DNA of 52,111 nucleotides from Betaproteobacteria bacterium. Its GTDB lineage: Bacteria; Pseudomonadota; Gammaproteobacteria; Burkholderiales; Burkholderiaceae_C. This document shows, piece after piece, positions 8,098 through 17,831 of this stretch (positions within the stretch are counted from its first letter, which is position 1; each line of letters opens with the position of its first letter). The notes below the pieces were generated by a model. That model was given only the letters and a program-made list of their open reading frames with translations, searched no databases and was not told where the DNA came from. The position numbers and the translations under genes were made by a program. The stretch spans positions 1 to 52,111 of the forward strand of contig RFXS01000001.1 in NCBI GenBank assembly GCA_009921465.1. The letters run 5' to 3'.

Positions 8098-10485
8098 TCA
8101 GTCAACTGACAACAAGGTTTGATCACGTGACAGCTGCAATGAGTGCAAGACGACAAACAGTGAACTCAAAGCCATGCCCGCACCCGCCACCCAAGCGGGC
8201 ATCCATCCCATGACGGCCAACGGAATGCAAACGGCGTTGTAAACCGCCGCCCACAGCAAGTTGTATCGCACCACCGCCATGGTGCGGCGCGCCAACACCA
8301 GCGTTTGCACCACAGGCCACAAATGATTCCCGCGCACCACGGCGTCGCTGTGTGAGCGGGCCAAAGGAATGGCCTGACCCACCGCGATCGAAGCGTTGGC
8401 AGCGGCCAACACCGGCATGTCATTGAAGCCATCGCCCACCACAGCGATGCGCCACCCCTGCTGCTGCCAAGATTGAACTTGATCGAGCTTGTCTTGTGGG
8501 CTCAGTGCCCCCTGAACTTGATCCGAGCGCAAACCCAAACGCTGGGCCACATCCAACACGGCTTGCGTTCGATCGCCTGACAAAATGCGCACTTGCAGGC
8601 CCTGCGACTGCAAGGTTTGCAACACCTTGGCGGCATCAGGCCGCAAGGTTTCACTCACCTCAAAGCTGGCCAGCCACCCTGCTTCACCCCACAGGTGCAC
8701 GCTGGCGCACGGTGCTAGCAAGTCTCGCGTCATGCCATTCGATTCGGACTGCCCAAAAGACCACGATCCCAGCCACATGTGGCTCCATCGACCAGCATGC
8801 CAAACCTCACCATGCAGGCCCTGGCCTGGGTGCTCGCTGACGTCGCGTGTGGGCACATGGGGTGCGTCCAACGTGTCCAAGGCGCGTGACAAAGGGTGCA
8901 ATGAATGATGGGCCAAAGCAGCCGCACTGGACCAAAGGGCCAATACCTCAGGGCCCCACATGCCTTGGGCATCGGGGACAAACACACCTTGTGGCGCATG
9001 CACGCGCAAAACGCTTTGGGTGTCGGAGGTCAAGGTACCGGTTTTGTCCCACACCACCAAGTCAACTGCGGCCATGGCCTCCAGGCTTTGCAGGTCGCGC
9101 ATCAACACCCCATGGCGGGCCAAGTTGCCCGCTGCGGCGATCATCGCCGCAGGCGTGGCCAAGGACAAGGCACACGGGCATGTGACGATCAGCACCGAAA
9201 CCGCCACCATCAAGGCTTGGGCGGGGTTGACTGGCCACACCCAAGCTGCTGCGCCACAAGCGGCGATCAACACCGCCCACAAAAAAGGTTTGGCGATGCG
9301 ATCGGCCATGCGCGCCAAGCGTGGTTTGCTCAAAGCCGCCGAAGCCATCAATGCCACCGTGTGGGCATAAACCGTGGCCTCACCCAACTCGGTCAACACC
9401 ACGTCCACGCTTTGGCGCAGGTTGTGACTGCCCGCCAGCACGCGGTCGCCCACTTGACGCGACAGGGGTCTGGATTCGCCGGTCAGCAAGGCCTCTTCCA
9501 CCCAAGTGCTGCCCTGTGCGACCCGGCCATCGGCTGGGAATGCCTGACCAGGGCCGACGCGCACGGTGTCGCCCAATTGCAGCGCTGAAAGGGCAACCTT
9601 TTCAAATTCCCCCTGTGCATTCATTCGCTCAACCTGCTCGGGCAAGCGGTTCATCAGCGCGTCCAAGGCACCTGCGGTTCTTTCGCGCATGCGGCCCTCG
9701 AGCCAACGACCGGTGAGCAAAAAAAACACAAACATGGTGAGAGAGTCGAAGTAGACCTCCGAACCCAATGGACCCGTTGGGTCCCAAGTGGCTGCGGTGC
9801 TGATCACAAAGGTGATGCCAATGCCCAAAGCCACGGGCAAGTCCATGCCAATGCGACCTTGCTGCAAATCGCGCCAAGCTTGGCGCCAAAAAGGGCCCGA
9901 CGAAAAAACCATCACCGGCAAACACAATACCCAGCCCGCCCAGTGCAGCAAACCCAGCATGTCCGCACTGATGTCGCCCGGTTCAGCGACATACACCGGC
10001 ACTGAATACATCATCACTTGCATCATGCAAAAACCAGCCACCAACCATTGCCACAGGGCTTGGCGAGATTGCTTTTCACGGGCGGCGCGGCGACCCATGT
10101 CATGGGCTGGTTTCACGCCATAGCCGGCATGGTCGATGGCCCCCATCCATTGCGAGGGCATGGCTTGGTCGCTGCGCCAAACCACCTCGGCGCGCTGGCC
10201 GTGACCGTCCACCCGCACCGACATCACCCCCTTGACGGCGGCAACAGCCGCCTCAATGTTCAAGGCGCACGCTGCGCAGTGCATGCCCTCAATGACCACC
10301 TGGGAGGTCCATACAAGACTGCCTGTCCCATCAGATGCCGCAGGGTCGACCTGAGGGCGCCCAAACAATGGCCACTGCTGGGGATCGTCGAGCAAACGCA
10401 GCGAAGTCAGCGCGTCCTGGCCTTTAAGAGCGCAAACCTGAGCCCCACTGGCAGAAACCAGCAATGAAGACGTATCCCACAACAT
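8098..10485 (-). CDS. ccoI: Heavy-metal (Cu) translocating P1B-type ATPase CcoI/FixI
   Basis: GMHCAAC metal-binding domain, TGES, CPCALSLATP, DKTGTLT, GDGFND; cco context. Exact start uncertain. Confidence 0.9.
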   Translation of the reverse strand: MLWDTSSLLVSASGAQVCALKGQDALTSLRLLDDPQQWPLFGRPQVDPAASDGTGSLVWTSQVVIEGMHCAACALNIEAAVAAVKGVMSVRVDGHGQRAEVVWRSDQAMPSQWMGAIDHAGYGVKPAHDMGRRAAREKQSRQALWQWLVAGFCMMQVMMYSVPVYVAEPGDISADMLGLLHWAGWVLCLPVMVFSSGPFWRQAWRDLQQGRIGMDLPVALGIGITFVISTAATWDPTGPLGSEVYFDSLTMFVFFLLTGRWLEGRMRERTAGALDALMNRLPEQVERMNAQGEFEKVALSALQLGDTVRVGPGQAFPADGRVAQGSTWVEEALLTGESRPLSRQVGDRVLAGSHNLRQSVDVVLTELGEATVYAHTVALMASAALSKPRLARMADRIAKPFLWAVLIAACGAAAWVWPVNPAQALMVAVSVLIVTCPCALSLATPAAMIAAAGNLARHGVLMRDLQSLEAMAAVDLVVWDKTGTLTSDTQSVLRVHAPQGVFVPDAQGMWGPEVLALWSSAAALAHHSLHPLSRALDTLDAPHVPTRDVSEHPGQGLHGEVWHAGRWSHMWLGSWSFGQSESNGMTRDLLAPCASVHLWGEAGWLASFEVSETLRPDAAKVLQTLQSQGLQVRILSGDRTQAVLDVAQRLGLRSDQVQGALSPQDKLDQVQSWQQQGWRIAVVGDGFNDMPVLAAANASIAVGQAIPLARSHSDAVVRGNHLWPVVQTLVLARRTMAVVRYNLLWAAVYNAVCIPLAVMGWMPAWVAGAGMALSSLFVVLHSLQLSRDQTLLSVD

Positions 10486-10518
10486 GGATGAACTTTAGAT
10501 GTTTTGATGGTGCGCCCA

Positions 10519-10532
10519 TTGACATGGATCAA
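10519..10532. promoter_or_regulatory. FNR box between divergent ccoI and usp
   Basis: TTGAC-ATGG-ATCAA, one mismatch to consensus. Confidence 0.8.
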
Positions 10533-10608
10533 TACAGCCTCGGCCCAGACCCATAAACTTCAAGTGACCCGCCCCAATCGGAGCGCAGCACTTAAAAAAG
10601 GAAGTCTT

Positions 10609-11052
10609 ATGTATAAAAAAATCATGGTCGCCACCGATGGCACCGCCTTGTCCAAAAAAGCCGTCGCCGCCGCCATTGGCATGGCGCAACTGTGCGAAGC
10701 CGATTTGACAGCCGTGAAAGTGGTGCCCCGGTATATTCAAAGCTATTTTGAAGGATCCATTCCCCTGGGGGCCAATGAGGTCAAGCGCATCGAAGCGCAA
10801 TGGGGCCAAGATGCTCAAAAAATCCTCGACGCCGTGAGCAAAATGGCCACAGCCAAGGGCGTCAAGGTCAAAACCATGGTGATCAAGTCAGACCAAGTGG
10901 CAGATGCCTTGGTCGCGGCCGCCACCAAAGCGAAAATCGACTTGATTGTGATGGCCTCGCACGGGCGCAGCGGCATCAAACGTTTGTTGCTGGGCAGCGA
11001 AACCCAGCATGTGCTGACCCACGCCAAAATCCCTGTTCTGGTTTTGCGCTAA
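10609..11052 (+). CDS. Universal stress protein (UspA family)
   Basis: MYKKIMVATDG...DLIVMASHGRSGIKRLLLGSETQHVL...PVLV; AAGGAA SD before the ATG at 10609. Confidence 0.93.
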   Translation: MYKKIMVATDGTALSKKAVAAAIGMAQLCEADLTAVKVVPRYIQSYFEGSIPLGANEVKRIEAQWGQDAQKILDAVSKMATAKGVKVKTMVIKSDQVADALVAAATKAKIDLIVMASHGRSGIKRLLLGSETQHVLTHAKIPVLVLR

Positions 11053-11088
11053 AGCACACCCAGCCCCGCTGCTTGCGGCCCAAGGGTG

Positions 11089-12213
11089 TCACGCCAGCGG
11101 TATTTGGTCCAGGGCCCATTGCACATGCTCGCGCACCAATGGGTCAGGGTGTGGCAAACGCGACTGCAATGCCGCCGCCGCTTGGGCACACCACCCCGCA
11201 TCCTGGCTGTCACGCAGGGCGTTGCCCATTGCAATCGCCACGTTGCGCAACCAGCGCACATGGCCAATGCGGCGAATCGCCGAGCCTTCGCTCAACCGCA
11301 AAAAATCCGCCTCTGACCACGACATCCACACCAGCAAGTTGGCATCGGTCCAGGTCGCGCGGGCTGCAAAGTCGGGCAAGGTGCTGACTTGGGCGTATTT
11401 ATTCCACGGGCAAGCCAGTTGGCAGTCGTCACAGCCATATACCCGGTTGCCCATGAGGGTGCGCAAGTCCGGGTCAATGGAGCCGGGGTGTTCAATCGTT
11501 AAATATGAAATACACCGCCTGGCGTCCAATCGATATGGCGCCACGATGGCCTGGGTGGGGCACACATCGATGCAGGCCGTGCAACTGCCACAGTGATCGG
11601 ACTGCGCCGGTGTGGGCGTCAGCGCCAGGTCCACGAACACTTCGCCCAAAAAAAACATCGATCCGCCCTCTCGGTGGAGCAGCAGCGTGTGCTTGCCGCG
11701 CCAACCCAAACCACTGCGCTGGGCCAACTCCACCTCCAGCACCGGGGCGGAATCGGTGAAAACGCGGTGACCAGTGGGTCCAATGTGGGCTTGCAAGCGG
11801 TCGGCCAGTAGCTGCAAGCGCTGGCGCATCACCTTGTGGTAATCGCGCCCTCGGGCATACATGGAGACCACGCCTTGGGCAGGTTGGGCCAGGCGTTGCC
11901 ACTCCAAACTTTGCCAATCGGTGCCCTTGTGCGTGGGGTGCTCGCCACCCCAGGCCAAAGGTTCTGATCGGCGGTAATCCATGCGCGCGGTGATCACACT
12001 GAGCGTGCCGGGGATCAGTTCGCCGGGCCTGGCACGCTTCAAACCGTGGCTGGCCATATAGGCCATCTCGCCATGGAAGCCCTGGGCCAACCAGGCCAAC
12101 AGGCCTGGCTCGGCATCGGTCAAGTCCACGCCGGACACGCCAATTTGAGAGAATCCAAGTTCTTGGGCCCACGCTTGCAAGCGACCCCACAAGTCCACAC
12201 GATCGATCAACAC
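11089..12213 (-). CDS. queG: tRNA epoxyqueuosine(34) reductase
   Basis: YARGRDYHKV, DSAPVLE, GWRGKH, CGSCTACIDVCPT, CISYLTIE, GCDDCQLACPWN. Start approximate (GTG 12213 or TTG 12210). Confidence 0.93.
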   Translation of the reverse strand: MLIDRVDLWGRLQAWAQELGFSQIGVSGVDLTDAEPGLLAWLAQGFHGEMAYMASHGLKRARPGELIPGTLSVITARMDYRRSEPLAWGGEHPTHKGTDWQSLEWQRLAQPAQGVVSMYARGRDYHKVMRQRLQLLADRLQAHIGPTGHRVFTDSAPVLEVELAQRSGLGWRGKHTLLLHREGGSMFFLGEVFVDLALTPTPAQSDHCGSCTACIDVCPTQAIVAPYRLDARRCISYLTIEHPGSIDPDLRTLMGNRVYGCDDCQLACPWNKYAQVSTLPDFAARATWTDANLLVWMSWSEADFLRLSEGSAIRRIGHVRWLRNVAIAMGNALRDSQDAGWCAQAAAALQSRLPHPDPLVREHVQWALDQIPLA

Positions 12214-12237
12214 CCCTGCCCCTTGAATAACCCCTGG

Positions 12238-12714
12238 ATGGTTCACACCGAACAATGGCCCGATGAGGCCGCCACCGTCGCCAGCGCCCAGCGCATGGCC
12301 GCCCGATTGCTGCGCTTGCCGGTGGCGGGCGACGCCATTGTGCACTTGCATGGTGAATTGGGCAGCGGTAAAACCACCTGGGTGCGCCACTTGTTGTCGG
12401 CATTGGGAGTGACCGGGCGCATCAAAAGCCCCACCTATGCCGTGGTCGAACCCCACAGTGCGCCACGCCAAAGCGGTGAATTGGCCATTTGGCACTTTGA
12501 CTTTTACCGTTTCACCGATCCCCAGGAGTGGGAGGACGCTGGTTTTCGCGATGTATTTGCATCTGTTGGCTTGAAGCTTTGCGAGTGGCCGGGCAACGCA
12601 GGGCCGGCCTTGCCCGCCCCCGACGTGTCCTTGCACCTGCAATGGGTGGATGAAAACGCCCGCTCCGTTCTCTGGCAAGCACACCATGCCCATGGAAAGG
12701 CTTTGCTGCCATGA
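12238..12714 (+). CDS. tsaE: tRNA threonylcarbamoyladenosine biosynthesis ATPase
   Basis: LHGELGSGKTT, IKSPTYAVVEP, HFDFYR, EWP; divergent from queG and upstream of the amidase. Confidence 0.93.
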   Translation: MVHTEQWPDEAATVASAQRMAARLLRLPVAGDAIVHLHGELGSGKTTWVRHLLSALGVTGRIKSPTYAVVEPHSAPRQSGELAIWHFDFYRFTDPQEWEDAGFRDVFASVGLKLCEWPGNAGPALPAPDVSLHLQWVDENARSVLWQAHHAHGKALLP

Positions 12715-14174
12715 AACGGCGTGCAATTTTGCAAGCTGGTGGCTTGGCCCTGAGCCTGGGCCTGCACGAGATCGCACATGGGGCTGGCATTTTGGCCGTG
12801 CGTGTCTGGCCCGCCAAAGACTACACCCGGGTAAGCATCGAATCAGACAACGCCTTGTCGACCCAAACCCAATTTATCGCCAACCCACCCCGGCTGGCGG
12901 TCGACATAGAAGGCATCGAACTCAACCCGGCCTTGCGGGAATTGGTAGGCAAGGTGCGCTCTGACGACCCCTACATCACGGGTGTGCGGGTGGGGCAATT
13001 CACCCCTGGCACAGTGCGTTTGGTGTTGGATTTGCGCACCATGGTCCAGCCCCAGGTATTTCAGTTGGCACCGGTCAAGTCAGGCCAGTCCCAATACCAG
13101 CATCGCCTGGTGCTGGACCTGTACCCGACCCAAGCCGCAGACCCGCTCGAAGCCTTGATCGCCGAGCGCATGCCCAAGGCCGCCAACACGGCAACCGACA
13201 GACCCAAGCCCAGCCCGCAAGCCACGGATGGTGATCCCTTGGGTGAATGGATGGCCCAGCAAGGCACCCAAACCAGTGGCCGCACCCTGCCTGACACCGC
13301 TGCGGTCAAGCCAGCGCTGCGACCGAGCGAGCCGCCATCGGCGCGCGCCACAGGGCCGCAAATGGGTGCGACCAGCCCGCCCATCGCCCCACAGGTTGGC
13401 TCGGCAACGGGCATTCAAAACACCGACCCAACCCCACAACTGCGCTGGGTGGTGGTGGCATTGGACCCAGGCCACGGGGGAGAAGACCCAGGCGCCTTGG
13501 GCCAACGCGGCACGCGCGAAAAAGACGTGGTGCTGCAAATTGCTTTGCGCCTGCGCGAGCGCATCAATCGCGCCAGCGTGCGCACCCGCCACGGCACCTT
13601 GCCCATGCGCGCCATGCTCACCCGCGATGCCGACTTCTTCATCCCATTGCAGCAGCGGGTCCAAAAAGCCCGCCGGGTGCAAGCCGATTTGTTCATCAGC
13701 ATCCATGCCGATGCGTTTTTCACCCCGCAGGCGCGTGGTGCCAGTGTGTTCGCCCTGAGCCAAGGCGCGGCTTCCAGCGCCGCTGCCAAATGGATGGCCG
13801 GGCAGGAAAACCGCGCCGACGACATTGGCGGCCTGAACATCAAAACCCAAGACGCGCATGTACAACATGCTTTGTTTGACATGAGCACCACGGCGCAAAT
13901 CAACGACAGCTTGAAACTGGGCCAAGAGATGTTGGGCCAAATGCGCCAATTGATCAAATTGCACAAACCCACGGTAGAACAAGCCGGTTTTGCGGTGCTC
14001 AAAGCCCCCGACATCCCCAGCGTGCTGGTCGAGACCGGGTTCATCAGCAACCCCGACGAAGAGCTGCGCTTGGCCAGCGATGCCTATCAAGAGCAACTGG
14101 CAGAGGCCTTGATGCGCAGCATTGAGCGCTACTTCCAGCGCAACCCACCGTTGGCACGCAACCGATCGGCTTGA
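12711..14174 (+). CDS. amiC: N-acetylmuramoyl-L-alanine amidase (Tat signal, AMIN and Amidase_3 domains)
   Basis: MKRRAILQ twin-Arg signal, VRVWPAKDYTRV AMIN start, LDPGHGGEDPGA, FISIHADAF, LVETGFISNP. Confidence 0.88.
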   Translation: MKRRAILQAGGLALSLGLHEIAHGAGILAVRVWPAKDYTRVSIESDNALSTQTQFIANPPRLAVDIEGIELNPALRELVGKVRSDDPYITGVRVGQFTPGTVRLVLDLRTMVQPQVFQLAPVKSGQSQYQHRLVLDLYPTQAADPLEALIAERMPKAANTATDRPKPSPQATDGDPLGEWMAQQGTQTSGRTLPDTAAVKPALRPSEPPSARATGPQMGATSPPIAPQVGSATGIQNTDPTPQLRWVVVALDPGHGGEDPGALGQRGTREKDVVLQIALRLRERINRASVRTRHGTLPMRAMLTRDADFFIPLQQRVQKARRVQADLFISIHADAFFTPQARGASVFALSQGAASSAAAKWMAGQENRADDIGGLNIKTQDAHVQHALFDMSTTAQINDSLKLGQEMLGQMRQLIKLHKPTVEQAGFAVLKAPDIPSVLVETGFISNPDEELRLASDAYQEQLAEALMRSIERYFQRNPPLARNRSA

Positions 14175-14241
14175 ACCATGGACAGGACTTGTCCCCCACA
14201 ATGGCCCCCTTTATCTCCACCCTGAAACCGAAGGATTCCCC

Positions 14242-15216
14242 ATGAAAGCAGCCTGGTACACCCACAACGGCGAAGCCAAAGACGTGTTGGTCGTTGGTGA
14301 CATGCCCACCCCCGAAGCCGGTCCCGGTGAAGTGCGGGTCCAATTGAAAACCTCCGGTGTGAACCCCTCGGATGTGAAAAACCGCAAAGGCCGACCGCTG
14401 GTGGGCGAGCGCTACATCCCCCACAGCGATGGGGCTGGCGTGATCGATCAAGTCGGCGCGGGCGTGGATGCGGCCCGCATGGGCCAGCGGGTTTGGACGT
14501 GGAACGCCCAATACAAGCGCCCCTATGGCACGGCGGCCCAGTACATCGTGCTGCCCCAGGAACAAGCACATCCCTTGCCCGAGGTCACCGACTTTGCAGC
14601 CGGTGCTTGCATGGGTATTCCAGGCCTGACCGCCTTGCAAGCCGTGCATTTGGCGGGGGACTTGAAAGGAAAAACCGTGTTGGTCACTGGTGCCCCCTCA
14701 GCCGTGGGCCACTATGCGTCCCAAATGGCCTTGCTGGCAGGCGCTCGGGTGATTGGCACGGCTGGGTCACAGGCCAAGGCCGATCATGCCATCAGCGTGG
14801 GGGTGAAAGACTGGATCAATTACAAAACCGAATCGGTGCCCGAGCGTGTCAAAAGCTTGACCAACGGCAAAGGGGTGGACGCCATCATCGACCTGGATTT
14901 TTCTACCACCGCCACCTGGCTGCCACAGGGTGTATTGGCACCAAACGGACAGTTGATTTGCTACGGATCAAACAGCGCCGAGACCACGCTGAGCTTTCGA
15001 CCCTTGCTGATCAATGCCTATCAGCTGAAGTTTTTCATCGTCTACGAGTTGAACGCGGCAGACCGCGCACGCTGCTTGGCGGACCTCAATCACTTATTGG
15101 CCCAGAAAAAACTGGTCCACGGCATTGGCCCGCGGTTTTCACTCGCTCAAATTGTCCAAGCGCACGAATGCGTGGAGGCTGGGCGCGACATTGGCAACGT
15201 GGTGATTGATATTTGA
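14242..15216 (+). CDS. NADPH:quinone reductase (zeta-crystallin-like MDR family)
   Basis: GEVRVQLKTSGVNPSD, PHSDGAGVI, VLVTGAPSAVG, GNVVIDI. Confidence 0.88.
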   Translation: MKAAWYTHNGEAKDVLVVGDMPTPEAGPGEVRVQLKTSGVNPSDVKNRKGRPLVGERYIPHSDGAGVIDQVGAGVDAARMGQRVWTWNAQYKRPYGTAAQYIVLPQEQAHPLPEVTDFAAGACMGIPGLTALQAVHLAGDLKGKTVLVTGAPSAVGHYASQMALLAGARVIGTAGSQAKADHAISVGVKDWINYKTESVPERVKSLTNGKGVDAIIDLDFSTTATWLPQGVLAPNGQLICYGSNSAETTLSFRPLLINAYQLKFFIVYELNAADRARCLADLNHLLAQKKLVHGIGPRFSLAQIVQAHECVEAGRDIGNVVIDI

Positions 15217-15237
15217 TCCGGATCTGGTTGGCCGCTG

Positions 15238-15266
15238 AAGCCCCCGCCGTGGTCGAGGGGGGGCTT
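15238..15266. terminator. Hairpin between convergent genes, possible terminator
   Basis: AAGCCCCC...GGGGGCTT inverted repeat between the quinone reductase and DedA stop codons; U-tracts are short. Confidence 0.4.
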
Positions 15267-15908
15267 TCAATGGGGCGCGCGTGAGACCCGGTAGGAGCCA
15301 ATGATGGCCACCAAACCGGGCACCACAATCAGACCCCAGATGATGATTTGCAGGTTTTTGCGCACCACTTCCAAGTTGCCAAACAAATAACCAGCGCCGC
15401 ACAAACCCAATACCCAAATCAACGCGCCCACCACATTGAACAAAGTGAAACGGGCGCGGTCCATGTCGGCCACGCCCGCCACAAATGGCGCAAAGGTTCG
15501 CACAAAGGGCATGAAGCGCGCCAGCACCAGCGTGATGGGGCCGTGGCGCAGATAAAAAGCATGTGCTTGGTCAAAGGCGCGGCGATTGAACCAGCGGGCG
15601 TTTTCCCACGCAAACACCCGAACGCCCACGCGCCGCCCGATCGAAAAATTGCACTGGTCACCCAATATGGCCGCCGCCAACAAGACACCCATGGCCAGGG
15701 GCAAACTCATCAAATCCGCACCACACAAAGCCCCAGTGATGAAAAGCAAAGAGTCGCCGGGCAAAAAAGGCATCACCACCACGCCAGTTTCAACAAAAAC
15801 TATCGCAAACAACAGGGCATAAACCCAGACCCCGTGGGTTTGCACAAACACGCCAATGTGGCGGTCCACGTGCAACACAAAATCCATCAAATAAGTGATC
15901 AGTTCCAT
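15267..15908 (-). CDS. DedA family membrane protein
   Basis: FVETGVVVMPFLPGDSLLF, ARFMPFVRTFAPFVAG. Confidence 0.92.
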   Translation of the reverse strand: MELITYLMDFVLHVDRHIGVFVQTHGVWVYALLFAIVFVETGVVVMPFLPGDSLLFITGALCGADLMSLPLAMGVLLAAAILGDQCNFSIGRRVGVRVFAWENARWFNRRAFDQAHAFYLRHGPITLVLARFMPFVRTFAPFVAGVADMDRARFTLFNVVGALIWVLGLCGAGYLFGNLEVVRKNLQIIIWGLIVVPGLVAIIGSYRVSRAPH

Positions 15909-15958
15909 GGATGTCCTTTGCGCAATTATCGTTGTTGCCACAGCCCTAAAATGCCCCA

Positions 15959-17830
15959 GTGACAAATCCTCCCCCATCGCCGCACCCCATCCGCGAGCTC
16001 CCCGATGAACTGATCAGCCAAATCGCTGCCGGCGAGGTGGTCGAGCGCCCCGCATCGGTGCTGCGCGAGTTGCTCGACAACGCGCTAGACGCCGGAGCAA
16101 TGCAAATTTCGGTGCGCTTGCTCGCTGGCGGGGTGCGCCTGATCAGCGTCGAAGACAACGGCTGGGGCATTGCCCCCGAACAATTGGCGGTCGCGCTCAA
16201 ACGCCATGCCACCAGCAAAATCAGCAACTTGCAAGACCTGGAGTCGGTCTCGACCATGGGCTTTCGCGGCGAAGCACTGGCGGCCATTGCCTCGGTGTCT
16301 GACCTGAGCTTGACCTCTCGCACCCATGCCCAGCCCCACGCCATGGTGTTGCAAGCACGCACCGGTGAAATTCACCCAGCAGCCCGTGAAGTGGGCACCA
16401 CGGTGGAGGTACAAGACTTGTTCTTCAATACACCGGCCCGGCGCAAATTCCTGAAAACAGACGCCACCGAACTGGCCCATTGCCTGGACACGGTGCGCCG
16501 CCATGCCTTGGCCCGTCCAGATGTGGGTTTTTCGATCTGGCATGAGGGGAAAAGCCTGTCTCAGTGGCGTGCACACAGCGGTCCAGATGCGGTTTCCTTG
16601 CGCATGAGCGATGTGTTGGGCGAGCCTTTTTTGACCGAATCGGTGCGCGTCAACTTCAGCGCAGGGCCCATGCGGGTGCATGGCTTTGCGGGCACACCCG
16701 CTGCCTCACGCGCGCGGGCCGACCAGCAATTTGCTTATGTCAATGGCCGCTTTGTGCGCGACAAAGTCATCGCCCATGGTGTGCGCAGTGCCTATGACGA
16801 CGTGCTGCACGGCCAGCGTCAAGCAGTCTATGTGTTGTTTGTGGAAATCGACCCGGCCGGCGTTGACGTCAACGTGCACCCGACCAAAATTGAAGTGCGC
16901 TTTCGCGACAGCCGCGAAGTGCACCAAGCGGTGCGCACCGCCGTGGACAACGCCTTGGCCTTGCCTCGCTTGGGTCAAACCGCAAACCCAAATGAGTCCC
17001 CTTTGCCCCCCTCAGCACCTCGAACAGGCAGTTGGCCCCAAACGCGCCTGGACTGGTCGGCGGGGCACCGGGTGGCAGAACTCGATGCCCTGTGGGGCGC
17101 TGCCCAACCTGCCATCGCCCCGGGCGGTTCAGCTCAATGGCTGCAAGACCAGCCCTTGCCACCCCCCAGCCGGGTTGCCCCAGCAAACCCGTTTCAGCCC
17201 AGTCACGCAGAACCCGCCTCGGCCTTGGCCAACAGCGCCCCCACCGATTGGCCGCTGGGCAGGGCACTGGCTCAATTGCAAGGCATTTACATCTTGGCCG
17301 AAAACGAGCTTGGCCTGATCGTGGTGGACATGCATGCCGCCCATGAGCGGGTCGTGTACGAGCGGCTCAAAACCCAATGGGATGGCCAAGGCATTGAATG
17401 CCAACCGCTGTTGATCCCGGCCAGCTTTCAAGCCTCAGCCCAAGAAGTCGCATGTGTGGAATCCAACCCCGAAGCATTGCACCGTTTGGGCCTGGAAATA
17501 TCGGTCCTGTCCCCTGCCTCACTGGCCGTGCGCAGTGTGCCCAACAGCCTGGCCCAAGGCGATGCGGTGGCACTGGCGCGCAGCGTTCTGGAAGATTTGC
17601 AAGCGCACGGAGCCAGCCAAGTGCTCGAGCGTGCGCGCAACGAAACCCTCTCCACCATGGCCTGCCACAGCGCGGTGCGCGCCAATCGCCGGCTCACCAT
17701 CGACGAGATGAATGCCTTGCTGCGCCAAATGGAGGCCACAGAACGTGCCGACCAATGCAACCATGGTCGACCAACATGGCGTCAAATCAGCGTGGCTGAA
17801 CTGGATGCGCTTTTCATGCGTGGGCGCTGA
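15959..17830 (+). CDS. mutL: DNA mismatch repair endonuclease MutL
   Basis: QIAAGEVVERPAS, GFRGEALA, DVNVHPTK, DMHAAHER, CNHGRPT. Confidence 0.97.
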   Translation: MTNPPPSPHPIRELPDELISQIAAGEVVERPASVLRELLDNALDAGAMQISVRLLAGGVRLISVEDNGWGIAPEQLAVALKRHATSKISNLQDLESVSTMGFRGEALAAIASVSDLSLTSRTHAQPHAMVLQARTGEIHPAAREVGTTVEVQDLFFNTPARRKFLKTDATELAHCLDTVRRHALARPDVGFSIWHEGKSLSQWRAHSGPDAVSLRMSDVLGEPFLTESVRVNFSAGPMRVHGFAGTPAASRARADQQFAYVNGRFVRDKVIAHGVRSAYDDVLHGQRQAVYVLFVEIDPAGVDVNVHPTKIEVRFRDSREVHQAVRTAVDNALALPRLGQTANPNESPLPPSAPRTGSWPQTRLDWSAGHRVAELDALWGAAQPAIAPGGSAQWLQDQPLPPPSRVAPANPFQPSHAEPASALANSAPTDWPLGRALAQLQGIYILAENELGLIVVDMHAAHERVVYERLKTQWDGQGIECQPLLIPASFQASAQEVACVESNPEALHRLGLEISVLSPASLAVRSVPNSLAQGDAVALARSVLEDLQAHGASQVLERARNETLSTMACHSAVRANRRLTIDEMNALLRQMEATERADQCNHGRPTWRQISVAELDALFMRGR

Positions 17831-17831
17831 C

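Noticed and set aside
11089-12777. 562-aa ORF suggesting an N-terminally extended QueG
   Set aside because: The extra ~190 codons are the antisense of tsaE and the amidase start; QueG similarity begins near 12210.
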